Shown here one piece after another: positions 1 to 8,402 of a DNA stretch of 32,000 nucleotides. Source of the DNA: Promethearchaeum syntrophicum (lineage in GTDB: Archaea > Asgardarchaeota > Lokiarchaeia > Sigyniarchaeales > Promethearchaeaceae). How positions within the stretch are numbered: the stretch's first letter is position 1; each line of letters begins with the position of its first letter. Below the pieces are notes generated by a model, which searched no databases, had not been told where the DNA came from, and was given only the letters and a program-made list of their open reading frames with translations. The position numbers were made by a program, and so were the translations under genes. The stretch lies in the NCBI RefSeq assembly GCF_008000775.2, contig NZ_CP042905.2, positions 1,950,001 to 1,982,000 of the forward strand, given 5' to 3'.

Positions 1-925
1 TCCTTTTAGGAGTTGGGGAGCCTAGTTTTCCATCTCTAATTTGTACGAACGCTACTGTGTAAATTACTGGCACAAGGAAAAAGAGAATACTTTGCGTAAA
101 AAGAATCGTAAAATTGTATATATATAGCATTCCTAAATTACGAGTAGTGGGATTAATCCAAGTTTCGTAATTATTTTCTGTCAATCCTATTAATTCCATA
201 AAGGGTACTTGAAATAAATATTGAATTAACATTGGAATAAAAATTGAAATTGTTAGAATTATAATTAATTTTGCAAAAAACCCTTTAACATAAAATAAAC
301 CTCCTCTAATGGTTTCCATTCCTTCTTTTTCATCAATAATTAAGGAATGAATTGAAAATATTCCAGAATAAATTACCAAGATTCCAGGAATAATAAAGAT
401 ACTAAAACCTGTTGAAATTAAAACTGAACCAAAGATTATTATAAATGCTGATGTCAATGCCCTTTTTCCAGAATTGAATGGTTTTGAAATCGATTTAATC
501 CAAGTTGAAGGCGCATCCTCATCTTCATAATACAAAGAATATATTTTACCGATTGATATCATTAATAGGGGAAGAAGAATAAAGAATAACAAACTTCCTT
601 CCGCTATATTTGTAATTAAGAAAAGTGTCGGGTAATTTCTATATATTGTATTCAATTCATCCGAAAGAACATAATCCGGATCTTCACTTAGCAAATCTAC
701 TATTTCTTTATACTCGTTGCCCATTTCAAGAATAGTTGATTTTGCTCCAGTCAAAATTAGTAAGTTTAATCCTGCAATTATAAGTGTGAGAAGAAAAATG
801 AAAATTAGGGTTGGAAATATCGTTTTCTTCAACAATTTTAAGGAATCTAAGAAAATTGTGCCTAAAGAAAGATCAAATTTTTTCTCTGAAAGGGTTAAAT
901 CTACATCTATTTTATTTTCCGACAT
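1..925 (-). CDS. Hypothetical polytopic membrane protein (partial, runs off left edge)
   Basis: Absent from the ORF track because it has no stop inside the window. Reverse-strand ATG at 925-923 (MSENKIDVDLTLSEKKFDLSLGTIFLDSLKLLKKTIFPTLIFIFLLTLIIAG...). I checked every reverse-frame codon down to nt 1 and found no stop (308 open codons). Several long hydrophobic segments. No family recognised. Confidence 0.6.
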   Translation of the reverse strand, partial: MSENKIDVDLTLSEKKFDLSLGTIFLDSLKLLKKTIFPTLIFIFLLTLIIAGLNLLILTGAKSTILEMGNEYKEIVDLLSEDPDYVLSDELNTIYRNYPTLFLITNIAEGSLLFFILLPLLMISIGKIYSLYYEDEDAPSTWIKSISKPFNSGKRALTSAFIIIFGSVLISTGFSIFIIPGILVIYSGIFSIHSLIIDEKEGMETIRGGLFYVKGFFAKLIIILTISIFIPMLIQYLFQVPFMELIGLTENNYETWINPTTRNLGMLYIYNFTILFTQSILFFLVPVIYTVAFVQIRDGKLGSPTPKR

Positions 926-957
926 CATAATACCAGAATTTTCCACAAATAAAAAAA

Positions 958-976
958 TTTTTTAATAATATAAAAG
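958..976 (+). promoter_or_regulatory. Candidate archaeal TATA/BRE-like element for the CN-hydrolase gene (divergent region)
   Basis: TTTTTTAATAATATAAAAG is centred about 29 nt upstream of ATG 996, which fits a leaderless or near-leaderless archaeal transcript. An AT-rich genome makes such matches common. Confidence 0.3.
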
Positions 977-995
977 AAAGATACAAGAGAATGCG

Positions 996-1790
996 ATGAA
1001 AGTCGGGTATATCCAGTTAAAAACTCATTTTGGTGAAAAACAAAAAAATTTTAATAAAGTTGCAGATTTGCTGAAAGATGTTGATGATGCAGATATTGTC
1101 GTACTTCCGGAACTTTTTGCTACAGGATATACATTTAAATCTATAGAAGAAGTTCAAAGCTTATCCGAATCTAAAGATGGAGAAACTTCTAAATTTTTAC
1201 AGAAGATGGCAAAAAGAACCAATGCTGTATTTATTGGGGGATTTGTTGAAAAATTTGAAAACAAATTATTTAATTCTGCAATGATGGTTTCAAAAGAAGA
1301 AGTTATTGATATCTATCGGAAGCTCCATTTGTTTAACAAAGAAAAAAAATGGTTTTCACCTGGAAACACGAAATTAACTGTAAACAACATCAAAGGTACT
1401 AAAGTAGGAATGATGATATGCTTTGACTGGACTTTTCCTGAAGTAACTAGGACCCTCTCATTATTAGGTGCTGAAATTATTGCTCATCCCGCTAATTTAG
1501 TATTGCCCTATTGTCAAAATGCGATGAAAACGCGATGTTTTTGCAACAGACTTTATGCAATAACTGCTAACAGAATCGGTGTTGAACAACGTGGTGAAGA
1601 TTCTTTTGAATTCACTGGAAGAAGCCAAATTACATCATATAGCGGTGAAATTCTATCTTCGGCACCCTCTGATGCAGAGTTCGTTGACATTGTAGAAATA
1701 TTTCCAAAAAAAACCCGAAATAAAAATATAAATCAATTTAATAATGTTCATGAAGATAGAAGAGAAAAATTTTATTGGAATAATTTGTAA
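996..1790 (+). CDS. Carbon-nitrogen hydrolase (nitrilase superfamily) protein
   Basis: Glu-Lys-Cys triad context: VVLPELFATGY (Glu), YRKLHLF (Lys), GMMICFDWTFPE (Cys). Typical size of 264 aa. ATG start. Confidence 0.85.
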   Translation: MKVGYIQLKTHFGEKQKNFNKVADLLKDVDDADIVVLPELFATGYTFKSIEEVQSLSESKDGETSKFLQKMAKRTNAVFIGGFVEKFENKLFNSAMMVSKEEVIDIYRKLHLFNKEKKWFSPGNTKLTVNNIKGTKVGMMICFDWTFPEVTRTLSLLGAEIIAHPANLVLPYCQNAMKTRCFCNRLYAITANRIGVEQRGEDSFEFTGRSQITSYSGEILSSAPSDAEFVDIVEIFPKKTRNKNINQFNNVHEDRREKFYWNNL

Positions 1791-1811
1791 AATTAAGAAG
1801 GTAATACGTTT

Positions 1812-4391
1812 ATGAATACCCAAGATAAAAATGGAATTAAAACTAAAATTAATGAAGACACAAATAATATAACTTTTAAAAGAAATTCTCAGATGTTTGA
1901 ATTAAAAAATACAAATGATTTTCTAACATTTTCATTATTTGATAACGGTATATCATTAAAAGATGGTACAAGCGCTCTTCTAATCCGTGAAGGAAAAAAA
2001 ATCTCACCTTGGTTTCCATTTTTAATGAAAAATGAGAAGTTTATTCCTAAGAAAACCAAATTTTCGGATTCAATTGGTTCTGGTTTTCAAATCGATATTA
2101 AATGTAATTTTTCTCAAAATTCGGAAGAACCCTCAAAAATTTTGTGTTTATGGCAATTCAAATTTTATGAAAACATTCAACAACCAAAATTCGTACATTC
2201 CCAAGTCCCATTCGTTTCAATTCAGATCAAAATTGTTTCGGTTCCACCTAATCACAATTCACTTCCGCTTTTTGGGTTTGCTCCGCTCTATATGAAAGAT
2301 CGAGGAAAATTACTGCTATCGTCAGAAGATAGTATCCAAAATCCACGTAATATCACTTTTTATTCAAATGGGTGGCAATCATGGAGTATGAATTATTTAC
2401 TTGGTTATTCAGATAAGTATCCCTCATCTTTTGTAAAATTGGGTCGAAAAGTATTAGAAAATCAAGATAAAACTTTGAAAGGGCGATTTCAAAGTGAATT
2501 TCATACAGTTATATCTGATAATGTAAGCCATTCTTCTCTTATTCTTGGATTTATCACACTCAAAGATCAGTTTTCTAGGATCCTTATGGATAGGTTAGAT
2601 TCAATGGGAAAAATTAAATGGTTATGTGCATACTCTCAAACCGATAGCATCAAATTATGTGATTTAAATAAAGATTTGATGAGTTCTGAAGTCCTAATGA
2701 TTTCTTTAGCAAAAAGTCCCGAACCTTATGAGGTTTTATATGAAATTTGTAATTTTGGAGGGATTTTAGCTGAAGTAAAAAACCTGCAAAAAGATGTATC
2801 TTCGGGTTGGTGTTCATGGTATTATTATTATACAAAAGTCACTGAACAAGATGTTCTATCCAATTTAGAATATTTTAAGCAACACAAAGATTTAGATATC
2901 TCTTTAATTCAATTGGATGATGGATATCAAACAGGAATTGCTGAATGGGGGATCTATAATGAAAAGTTTAATTCTAAATTTCCTCATGGCTTGAAATGGT
3001 TAGCTGAGCAAATTCATAATTCCGGATTCAAAGCCGGTCTTTGGGTGGCTCCTTTTTTTATTACAAAAAAATCAAATTTATTTCAAAATCACCCTGATTG
3101 GTTGTTACGCACGGAAAATAATCGGAAGATAATCGCGAATAATAATTGGGGATTCTTTCAATACGGTTTAGACTTAAGTATAGATGAAGCAGTAGAATAT
3201 ATCGAAGATATTGGGAAAACTGTATCTGAAAAATGGAAATTTGATTTTTTAAAAATTGATTTCATTTTTGCTTCAGAACTAATCGAAGCTAGATATAAAA
3301 ATCCGATATATTCACGCGCTCAAATACTTCGTCGGGGAGTAGAAGCTATTCGTAAAGGACTAGGGGATAAATGTACATTATTAGGGTGTGGTGCACCTCT
3401 TGGACCTTGTGTTGGATTAGTTGATGTGATGAGGGTAGGACCAGACACAGCTGCTGAATGGACTCATCTTGAGCCAATAATGGAAAAATTTGCCACAGTT
3501 GTTTCCTGTAACCTAAAGGCTGCTTTGCGGTCCACTATTCAACGAAGTTACCTGCACCAAACATGGTGGATTAATGATCCAGATTGTGTGGTGGTTCGCG
3601 AAAATAAATCTAAGTTAACTTATGATGAAATTATCCTTCAAATAACCGTTTTCGGATTAAGTGGGGGGCAATTTCTAATATCCGATGATGAAAAATTAGT
3701 TCATCCGCATAGAATTGAATTACTAAAACGTTTATCTCCTCCGTTTTCCCGTAATTATTGTGAAAATGAACAAATGAAGTATAATGTGAGTTCTCAAATT
3801 TCCTACGCAGTACCTTTAGATATTTTCTTTGAAAACTTACCTACTTTGTATACGCGAACTATTTTTACTCCTTTTGGCCAAAGACATCTAACATCTATAA
3901 TTAATTGGTCGAATAAAAATCAAATTCGTTCTTTTAAACTTTCTCAGCTAATTACTTATAAGGATCTTCAAAATTATAAACACAATCAAAAATTTATAAT
4001 TTTCAATTATTGGAAAGAAATTATTGAAGGGATATACGATTTGGAAGATGAAATTGAATTAGAAATATCACCTCATGGATGTGAATATATTGCTATTGTT
4101 CCCTATATCTTGCATGAACCCAGAGTTCCTATATTCCTAAGTTCTACCCTCCATATTTTGCAAGGTGGTCAAGAAATTAAACAAGTGGATAATAATCATA
4201 AAAAAATTAGAATTACACTTGAACTTCCAGGAAGTAGAACTGGAGCTTTGTTTTTCTTCTCACCAGATGTGAAAAAATATGCCTGTTCAACAAATAATCT
4301 CTCAGAAATTACTTATAAAACAGGACTAGTTCTCAAAATTCCCCTTCAATTAAAAGAAAAACAAGCAATTTCTTTGGATTGGGATGAATAA
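1812..4391 (+). CDS. Glycoside hydrolase family 36-like alpha-galactosidase (clan GH-D), cytoplasmic
   Basis: Motifs SGWCSWYYYY, IQLDDGYQ, GLWVAPFF, KFDFLKIDF (KxD nucleophile motif), GCGAPLGP, MRVGPDTAAEW (candidate acid/base Asp). Long N-terminal beta-rich domain. No signal peptide. Confidence 0.75.
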   Translation: MNTQDKNGIKTKINEDTNNITFKRNSQMFELKNTNDFLTFSLFDNGISLKDGTSALLIREGKKISPWFPFLMKNEKFIPKKTKFSDSIGSGFQIDIKCNFSQNSEEPSKILCLWQFKFYENIQQPKFVHSQVPFVSIQIKIVSVPPNHNSLPLFGFAPLYMKDRGKLLLSSEDSIQNPRNITFYSNGWQSWSMNYLLGYSDKYPSSFVKLGRKVLENQDKTLKGRFQSEFHTVISDNVSHSSLILGFITLKDQFSRILMDRLDSMGKIKWLCAYSQTDSIKLCDLNKDLMSSEVLMISLAKSPEPYEVLYEICNFGGILAEVKNLQKDVSSGWCSWYYYYTKVTEQDVLSNLEYFKQHKDLDISLIQLDDGYQTGIAEWGIYNEKFNSKFPHGLKWLAEQIHNSGFKAGLWVAPFFITKKSNLFQNHPDWLLRTENNRKIIANNNWGFFQYGLDLSIDEAVEYIEDIGKTVSEKWKFDFLKIDFIFASELIEARYKNPIYSRAQILRRGVEAIRKGLGDKCTLLGCGAPLGPCVGLVDVMRVGPDTAAEWTHLEPIMEKFATVVSCNLKAALRSTIQRSYLHQTWWINDPDCVVVRENKSKLTYDEIILQITVFGLSGGQFLISDDEKLVHPHRIELLKRLSPPFSRNYCENEQMKYNVSSQISYAVPLDIFFENLPTLYTRTIFTPFGQRHLTSIINWSNKNQIRSFKLSQLITYKDLQNYKHNQKFIIFNYWKEIIEGIYDLEDEIELEISPHGCEYIAIVPYILHEPRVPIFLSSTLHILQGGQEIKQVDNNHKKIRITLELPGSRTGALFFFSPDVKKYACSTNNLSEITYKTGLVLKIPLQLKEKQAISLDWDE

Positions 4392-4482
4392 TTTTGAAGG
4401 AATAGAAAAAATCTGTGTTGATTTTACCTAGAATCTAATATTTTTGGAGAAGATTGACAGGAGAAAGATGATCCATCTCCAA

Positions 4483-5634
4483 TTATTCATCCTCAATTTC
4501 CTTTATCTTATCTATGCTTTCCGAAGCGATTATTAAGTCGACATCGCTCCCTGAATCATCGTAAATATCCATATGACGAACAAAGGTCATCATCGCTTGT
4601 TCTGCTTGTGCATTTTGGTCCCAAGTTAAGGTTTTTGACCCCAAAACTTGTTTGGGTAAACGAACATAATTCACCCGCGCTTGGCTGATGGCAAATCCTA
4701 TCCCGAGAATATAAAACAGCAGCTCCAGGCCGATTAATACTAATAATCCACCCGACGTGTCAAGATCGAACAGGAATACTAAGAAGAATACTTGAAATCC
4801 GAGAAAAATGCTGTAAATCACTATATCTTTGAAATTTTCATATCGATAGATCAGATACTTAGCTAATTGATGAAAAAATCTGACTTCCACCTTAGATGAG
4901 AAAGTTGTCGTTCCATTGAAGGTTTGAGGGAGTTCCAACTCATCTTCGAAAGTTACTCCTTTTCCAGGATGTTTAATAGTACCGACATCGACATTTTTTA
5001 TACCAACGGATTTTCGTAAAAAGTGATGATATGCTGCAGTTAGGACCTCTTTTCGCTTCCAAAGTTGTTTGGTTATATGATCCCCTTTCCAAACTGCTAA
5101 TAAACAAAAAATAAACATCTCAACAAACATTTTTACACCAAACACACCTTGCATTTGATCTGTATTAGTGAAATCATAACCTAACTGAGGAGAGAAATAA
5201 ATCATAGGGATGTATGCCAGTAGCGAAAGGATTGTAAACCCAATGAGGATGCTGTTGATCCTTTGATTTCGCTTGACTAATTTGGTATGCTCCTCATCGT
5301 CTCGGATTACATATTTTCCGTATAACCTGAAAAATGCCTTCTTTATGTTTTTAAGTGGTAGTGAAGGGAGATTAATATCGGTTGCTGTGAATTGAGGTTG
5401 ATAACTACCCGATTGAGTTTTTAAAATTATCATCAGATCCACCAAAAGCACGACAGGTATACTTATACCCGCATATATAGTCAATCGCGGATAGAAAGGC
5501 GAGGTAGAGATAACGCGCAATATCAATGAGATGATGAACAACACGATAATGATTACTGTATAAATGATAGCGAAAAAGGTTCGATCACGGTTTTTGACGT
5601 TGAAAAGTTTTTGTTTAAATCCAGCCTTAGTCAT
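4483..5634 (-). CDS. Hypothetical membrane protein (about 6 TM) with acidic C-terminal tail
   Basis: 383-aa ORF with ATG start, multiple hydrophobic helices (FFAIIYTVIIIVLFIISLIL, ILIGFTILSLLAYIPMIYF, LLVLIGLELLFYILGIGFAI) and C-terminal ...DDSGSDVDLIIASESIDKIKEIEDE. No family recognised. Confidence 0.6.
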   Translation of the reverse strand: MTKAGFKQKLFNVKNRDRTFFAIIYTVIIIVLFIISLILRVISTSPFYPRLTIYAGISIPVVLLVDLMIILKTQSGSYQPQFTATDINLPSLPLKNIKKAFFRLYGKYVIRDDEEHTKLVKRNQRINSILIGFTILSLLAYIPMIYFSPQLGYDFTNTDQMQGVFGVKMFVEMFIFCLLAVWKGDHITKQLWKRKEVLTAAYHHFLRKSVGIKNVDVGTIKHPGKGVTFEDELELPQTFNGTTTFSSKVEVRFFHQLAKYLIYRYENFKDIVIYSIFLGFQVFFLVFLFDLDTSGGLLVLIGLELLFYILGIGFAISQARVNYVRLPKQVLGSKTLTWDQNAQAEQAMMTFVRHMDIYDDSGSDVDLIIASESIDKIKEIEDE

Positions 5635-5707
5635 CTTTTCCGTTTCCCTTATAAAAATGCATTTGAGATCAGAAGTTGTTAATTGTTTCCGCGGTATTTT
5701 TAGGAAT

Positions 5708-6118
5708 TTACTTTAAAATTTTTTTTATAGTAGGTGTGAATTCGATGCAAGCATCAAGATCACCATCCCAATTTGAAATTTGATCAGGAGTATAACAATT
5801 TTCGAACTCTTCTACAATTGAAGTGAGAATTTTATCTGCTTTCTTATCATTCATTTTAACTTTTTTTTCCGCGATTAATACATAGAAAAGTTCAATGATG
5901 TTTCCTTTTTTAAGAAAAATATCTGATTTTCCCATTTCAAATGAGGATATTAGATTTCCACTAGCGGCTTTTGCAAATTGAAGAACTCCCGTAAGATAAC
6001 TTGCAGTTAAAAGTTTATTTTGATCATCTTCAGCAGTTTGGTCTTTTGCATTTGAAAAATAAAAGACCATCTGCCCTCCACGATCAAGTATGTATAATTC
6101 TTGCTTTGGTTTCGCCAA
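5708..6118 (-). CDS. Small longin-like / Roadblock-related regulatory domain protein (hypothetical)
   Basis: 136 aa. The residue pattern suggests beta-beta (LYILDRGGQMVFYF), helix (LLTASYLTGVLQFAKAA), three strands (LISSFEMGKSDIFLKKGNIIELFYVLIAE), helix (ADKILTSIVEEFENCY), then a C-terminal helix. This order is longin-type and has no N-terminal helix. The only usable start that keeps strand 1 is TTG at 6118, preceded by an SD-like GAGGG (6129-6125) with a 6-nt spacer. Fold call is inference only. Confidence 0.5.
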   Translation of the reverse strand: MAKPKQELYILDRGGQMVFYFSNAKDQTAEDDQNKLLTASYLTGVLQFAKAASGNLISSFEMGKSDIFLKKGNIIELFYVLIAEKKVKMNDKKADKILTSIVEEFENCYTPDQISNWDGDLDACIEFTPTIKKILK

Positions 6119-6152
6119 ATTTTTCCCTCATATAATTTTGAAATATTTTAGC

Positions 6153-6764
6153 TTATAGTAGAATCTTCAATATTAATTGGTTCAATATTAGATAAAAGTT
6201 TTTTGTTAAGAACCAATGAAAAAACAACATTAAATATCCCTCACAAATCCCTACAATTACGTCACTTATAAAATGAACACCTAATACAATTCTCGAAAAT
6301 CCGACGACAACATTATAAATTAATAAGATAATTATGACCCAAGGATGGTTGTAAAAAGAAAGCCAAAATAATCCAACCATTATAGTTGAATGGTGACAAT
6401 GGCCACTTGGAAATGAAAATCCATGACCAGTTTTGTCCAATCGTTCGATGCTTTCAATTTGCTGGAAGGGTCGTTCACGTTTAATTGATTTTTTTAAAAT
6501 ATAATATAATAAGAAACTTTGGAAGAATCCTGAAACGAAAGTGATTAAATGGGTAAAATCTTCTTGAATAAATCCTGTAATGGTGAAAACTATCCCCACT
6601 AATCCCCATAAACGCGGATCTGCAAAAAATGAACTAAATTTTGCAAAAGCTGGAACTTTTGTATCTTTATATTTCTTATATATCTTATTTACGTATTTCT
6701 TATCCCATTTATCAATAGTGGGTAACACTTTTTGAAAAAAATCTGGAACAACTATATCATTCAC
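6153..6764 (-). CDS. PAP2-family (type 2 phosphatidic acid / lipid phosphate) phosphatase, membrane
   Basis: All three PAP2 motifs are present: KKSIKRERP (Kx6RP), FPSGH, SRIVLGVHFISD (SRx5Hx3D). Multiple TM helices. GTG start at 6764 (no in-frame ATG upstream, stop at 6789-6791). Confidence 0.85.
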   Translation of the reverse strand: MNDIVVPDFFQKVLPTIDKWDKKYVNKIYKKYKDTKVPAFAKFSSFFADPRLWGLVGIVFTITGFIQEDFTHLITFVSGFFQSFLLYYILKKSIKRERPFQQIESIERLDKTGHGFSFPSGHCHHSTIMVGLFWLSFYNHPWVIIILLIYNVVVGFSRIVLGVHFISDVIVGICEGYLMLFFHWFLTKNFYLILNQLILKILL

Positions 6765-6942
6765 ACTTTCAAAAATACGGGAAATTATTTAATTTTAAAG
6801 TTTTTCTAATAAAATCAAAGTTTTTCAATAAGTTTGGGATTCATCTTCCTTTTCATTCTTTTCTTAAAAATGTATCCAAAAAGGTTTTAATACAATAAAT
6901 ATGAAATTTATTCACTATTACTAAGAGCTAATTTAAAAATAG

Positions 6943-6966
6943 TATATATAAAAAATTAATAAAAAA
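6943..6966 (+). promoter_or_regulatory. Candidate TATA-like element upstream of the thiolase gene
   Basis: TATATATAAAAAATTAATAAAAAA. The TATA core is centred about 27-29 nt before ATG 6977, which fits a leaderless start at 6977. Confidence 0.3.
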
Positions 6967-6976
6967 TGTGAAAAAA

Positions 6977-8296
6977 ATGGTTAGTCTAAATGAAGTATAT
7001 CTCGTAGATTATGTTAGAACTCCCTTTTCGCGCTCGCGCCCTGCTAGTCGAGAAAGAAGTGCGTTCAGCGAAGTTCGTGCAGATCAATTAGTCGGATACA
7101 CTCTCCGCAATATGTTTGAAGTTAGATTGAAAGACAAAGTCAAACCAGAGGAGGTTTCTGAGTTTGGAGTTGGTAGTTCCTTCCCAGTAGGCAAACAGTG
7201 GCCTTATGCTGGACGAAATGCATGGTTCTCAGGAAATATGCCATATACAGTCCCAAGTGTCTTTTTCGATCGCGCTTGTGGATCAGCAATGACCGCACTT
7301 GACCATGGAATCATGATGTTAATGACGGGCTATGGAGATATTTATATCGCCTCAGGTTTCGAACATATGTATCAAGAACCGATGTCTCCGGATCTTCAAC
7401 ATAACATGAGTTCTCCAAAACACCTTATCGTTCCGAACCCAGATGACAACAATTTCTGGTATCGAGATGACATTGATATTATGACTGGTTTTAGTATGGT
7501 TCAAACTGCACAGAAACTCTGGGAGCAAGAAGCAGATCATATCCCGATTGAAAGAATGGCTCAACTAGGAGTTACTAGTCATCATAATGCCGCTAAAGCG
7601 TTAGATGAAGGATTTTTCAAAGGTGAAATTGTTCCTGTTATGGGTCACAAAGAAGGGGATTTAAATGAACCTGTCTTGTATGATTATGATTTACCAATTC
7701 GTCGTGGAGCTACATTAGAAAAAACTCTTTCTTTACCCGTAGTAAGCAATCCTGGTTTCCGGGGAGGGTATAAAAATAAACTCTATAAGAAGAAGGAGTA
7801 TTTTGAGAAATTTGGGACGAAAACCGGAACAATTACTGCTGGAAATTCCTCTCCACTTAATGCTGGAGCTGCTACTGCCATGATAATGACGAAAGAAGCA
7901 ATGGATTCTCATAATATGAAACCTATGGCAAAAATTTTATCAATGGGCTGGGCATCTGTCGATCCTAGTGTTATGGGTAGAGGACCTGTACCTTCAACTG
8001 AAATGGCATTAAAGAAAGCCGGTTTAAAGGCTGAAGATATAGATTATTGGGAAGTAAATGAAGCATTTGCTGTTGTTGTTTTAAACTTCATCGATCATTT
8101 CAAAATGCCTGAAGAAACAGTAAACGTTAAAGGTGGTGCAATGGCAATAGGACATCCTCTAGCAGCAAGTGGTATAAGACTACCTGGGACATTGGCTAGA
8201 ATACTTAAGGAAAAGAAAGCTAAATACGGATGTGCAGCTTTGTGTTGTGGATCTGGTCAAGGTGTTACCTTAGTAATTGAAAATACTGAAATATAA
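6977..8296 (+). CDS. Thiolase (acetyl-CoA acetyltransferase / 3-ketoacyl-CoA thiolase family)
   Basis: DRACGSAM (nucleophilic Cys), GNSSPLNAGAA, VNEAFAVVVL, GGAMAIGHPLAASG (His), AALCCGSGQG (second catalytic Cys). The ORF track starts at GTG 6968. In-frame ATG 6977 (MVSLNEVYLVDYVRTPF) fits the upstream TATA spacing better. Confidence 0.9.
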   Translation: MVSLNEVYLVDYVRTPFSRSRPASRERSAFSEVRADQLVGYTLRNMFEVRLKDKVKPEEVSEFGVGSSFPVGKQWPYAGRNAWFSGNMPYTVPSVFFDRACGSAMTALDHGIMMLMTGYGDIYIASGFEHMYQEPMSPDLQHNMSSPKHLIVPNPDDNNFWYRDDIDIMTGFSMVQTAQKLWEQEADHIPIERMAQLGVTSHHNAAKALDEGFFKGEIVPVMGHKEGDLNEPVLYDYDLPIRRGATLEKTLSLPVVSNPGFRGGYKNKLYKKKEYFEKFGTKTGTITAGNSSPLNAGAATAMIMTKEAMDSHNMKPMAKILSMGWASVDPSVMGRGPVPSTEMALKKAGLKAEDIDYWEVNEAFAVVVLNFIDHFKMPEETVNVKGGAMAIGHPLAASGIRLPGTLARILKEKKAKYGCAALCCGSGQGVTLVIENTEI

Positions 8297-8309
8297 AGAA
8301 TTAAAGAAA

Positions 8310-8330
8310 TTTTTTTTTCCAATTTTTTTT
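8310..8330 (+). terminator. Oligo-T tracts (T9 and T8), candidate archaeal terminator after thiolase
   Basis: T9 at 8310-8318 and T8 at 8323-8330, 14 nt after the thiolase stop (8294-8296). Archaeal termination typically uses oligo-T. Confidence 0.35.
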
Positions 8331-8402
8331 GACTTAAAAAAAAAAGCAAAATGGTCGTATGGAAAACATTTTTTAATATTAGAATTAATAATCTGTATAA
8401 CA

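Noticed and set aside
717-965. 82-aa plus-strand ORF in the supplied track
   Set aside because: It lies antisense to, and almost entirely inside, a 308-codon open reverse frame (1-925) with clear membrane-protein character. Its own sequence is low-complexity (K/I/F/N) as expected for AT-rich antisense frames.
4447-4481. GGAGA...TCTCC short hairpin between convergent genes as a terminator
   Set aside because: The stem has only about 5 bp with mismatches. Archaeal termination does not require hairpins.
6968-8296. Higher GC of the thiolase gene as proof of horizontal transfer
   Set aside because: Gly/Ala/Arg-rich, highly conserved enzymes are intrinsically GC-richer in AT-rich genomes. Composition judged by eye is insufficient, so it is kept only as a minor note in the thiolase finding.
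8277-8402. N-terminal 42-aa extension of the ABC permease ORF overlapping the thiolase stop
   Set aside because: The extension crosses two oligo-T terminator-like tracts and encodes a K/F-rich junk-like peptide. The conserved FtsX-type N-terminus begins at ATG 8403.
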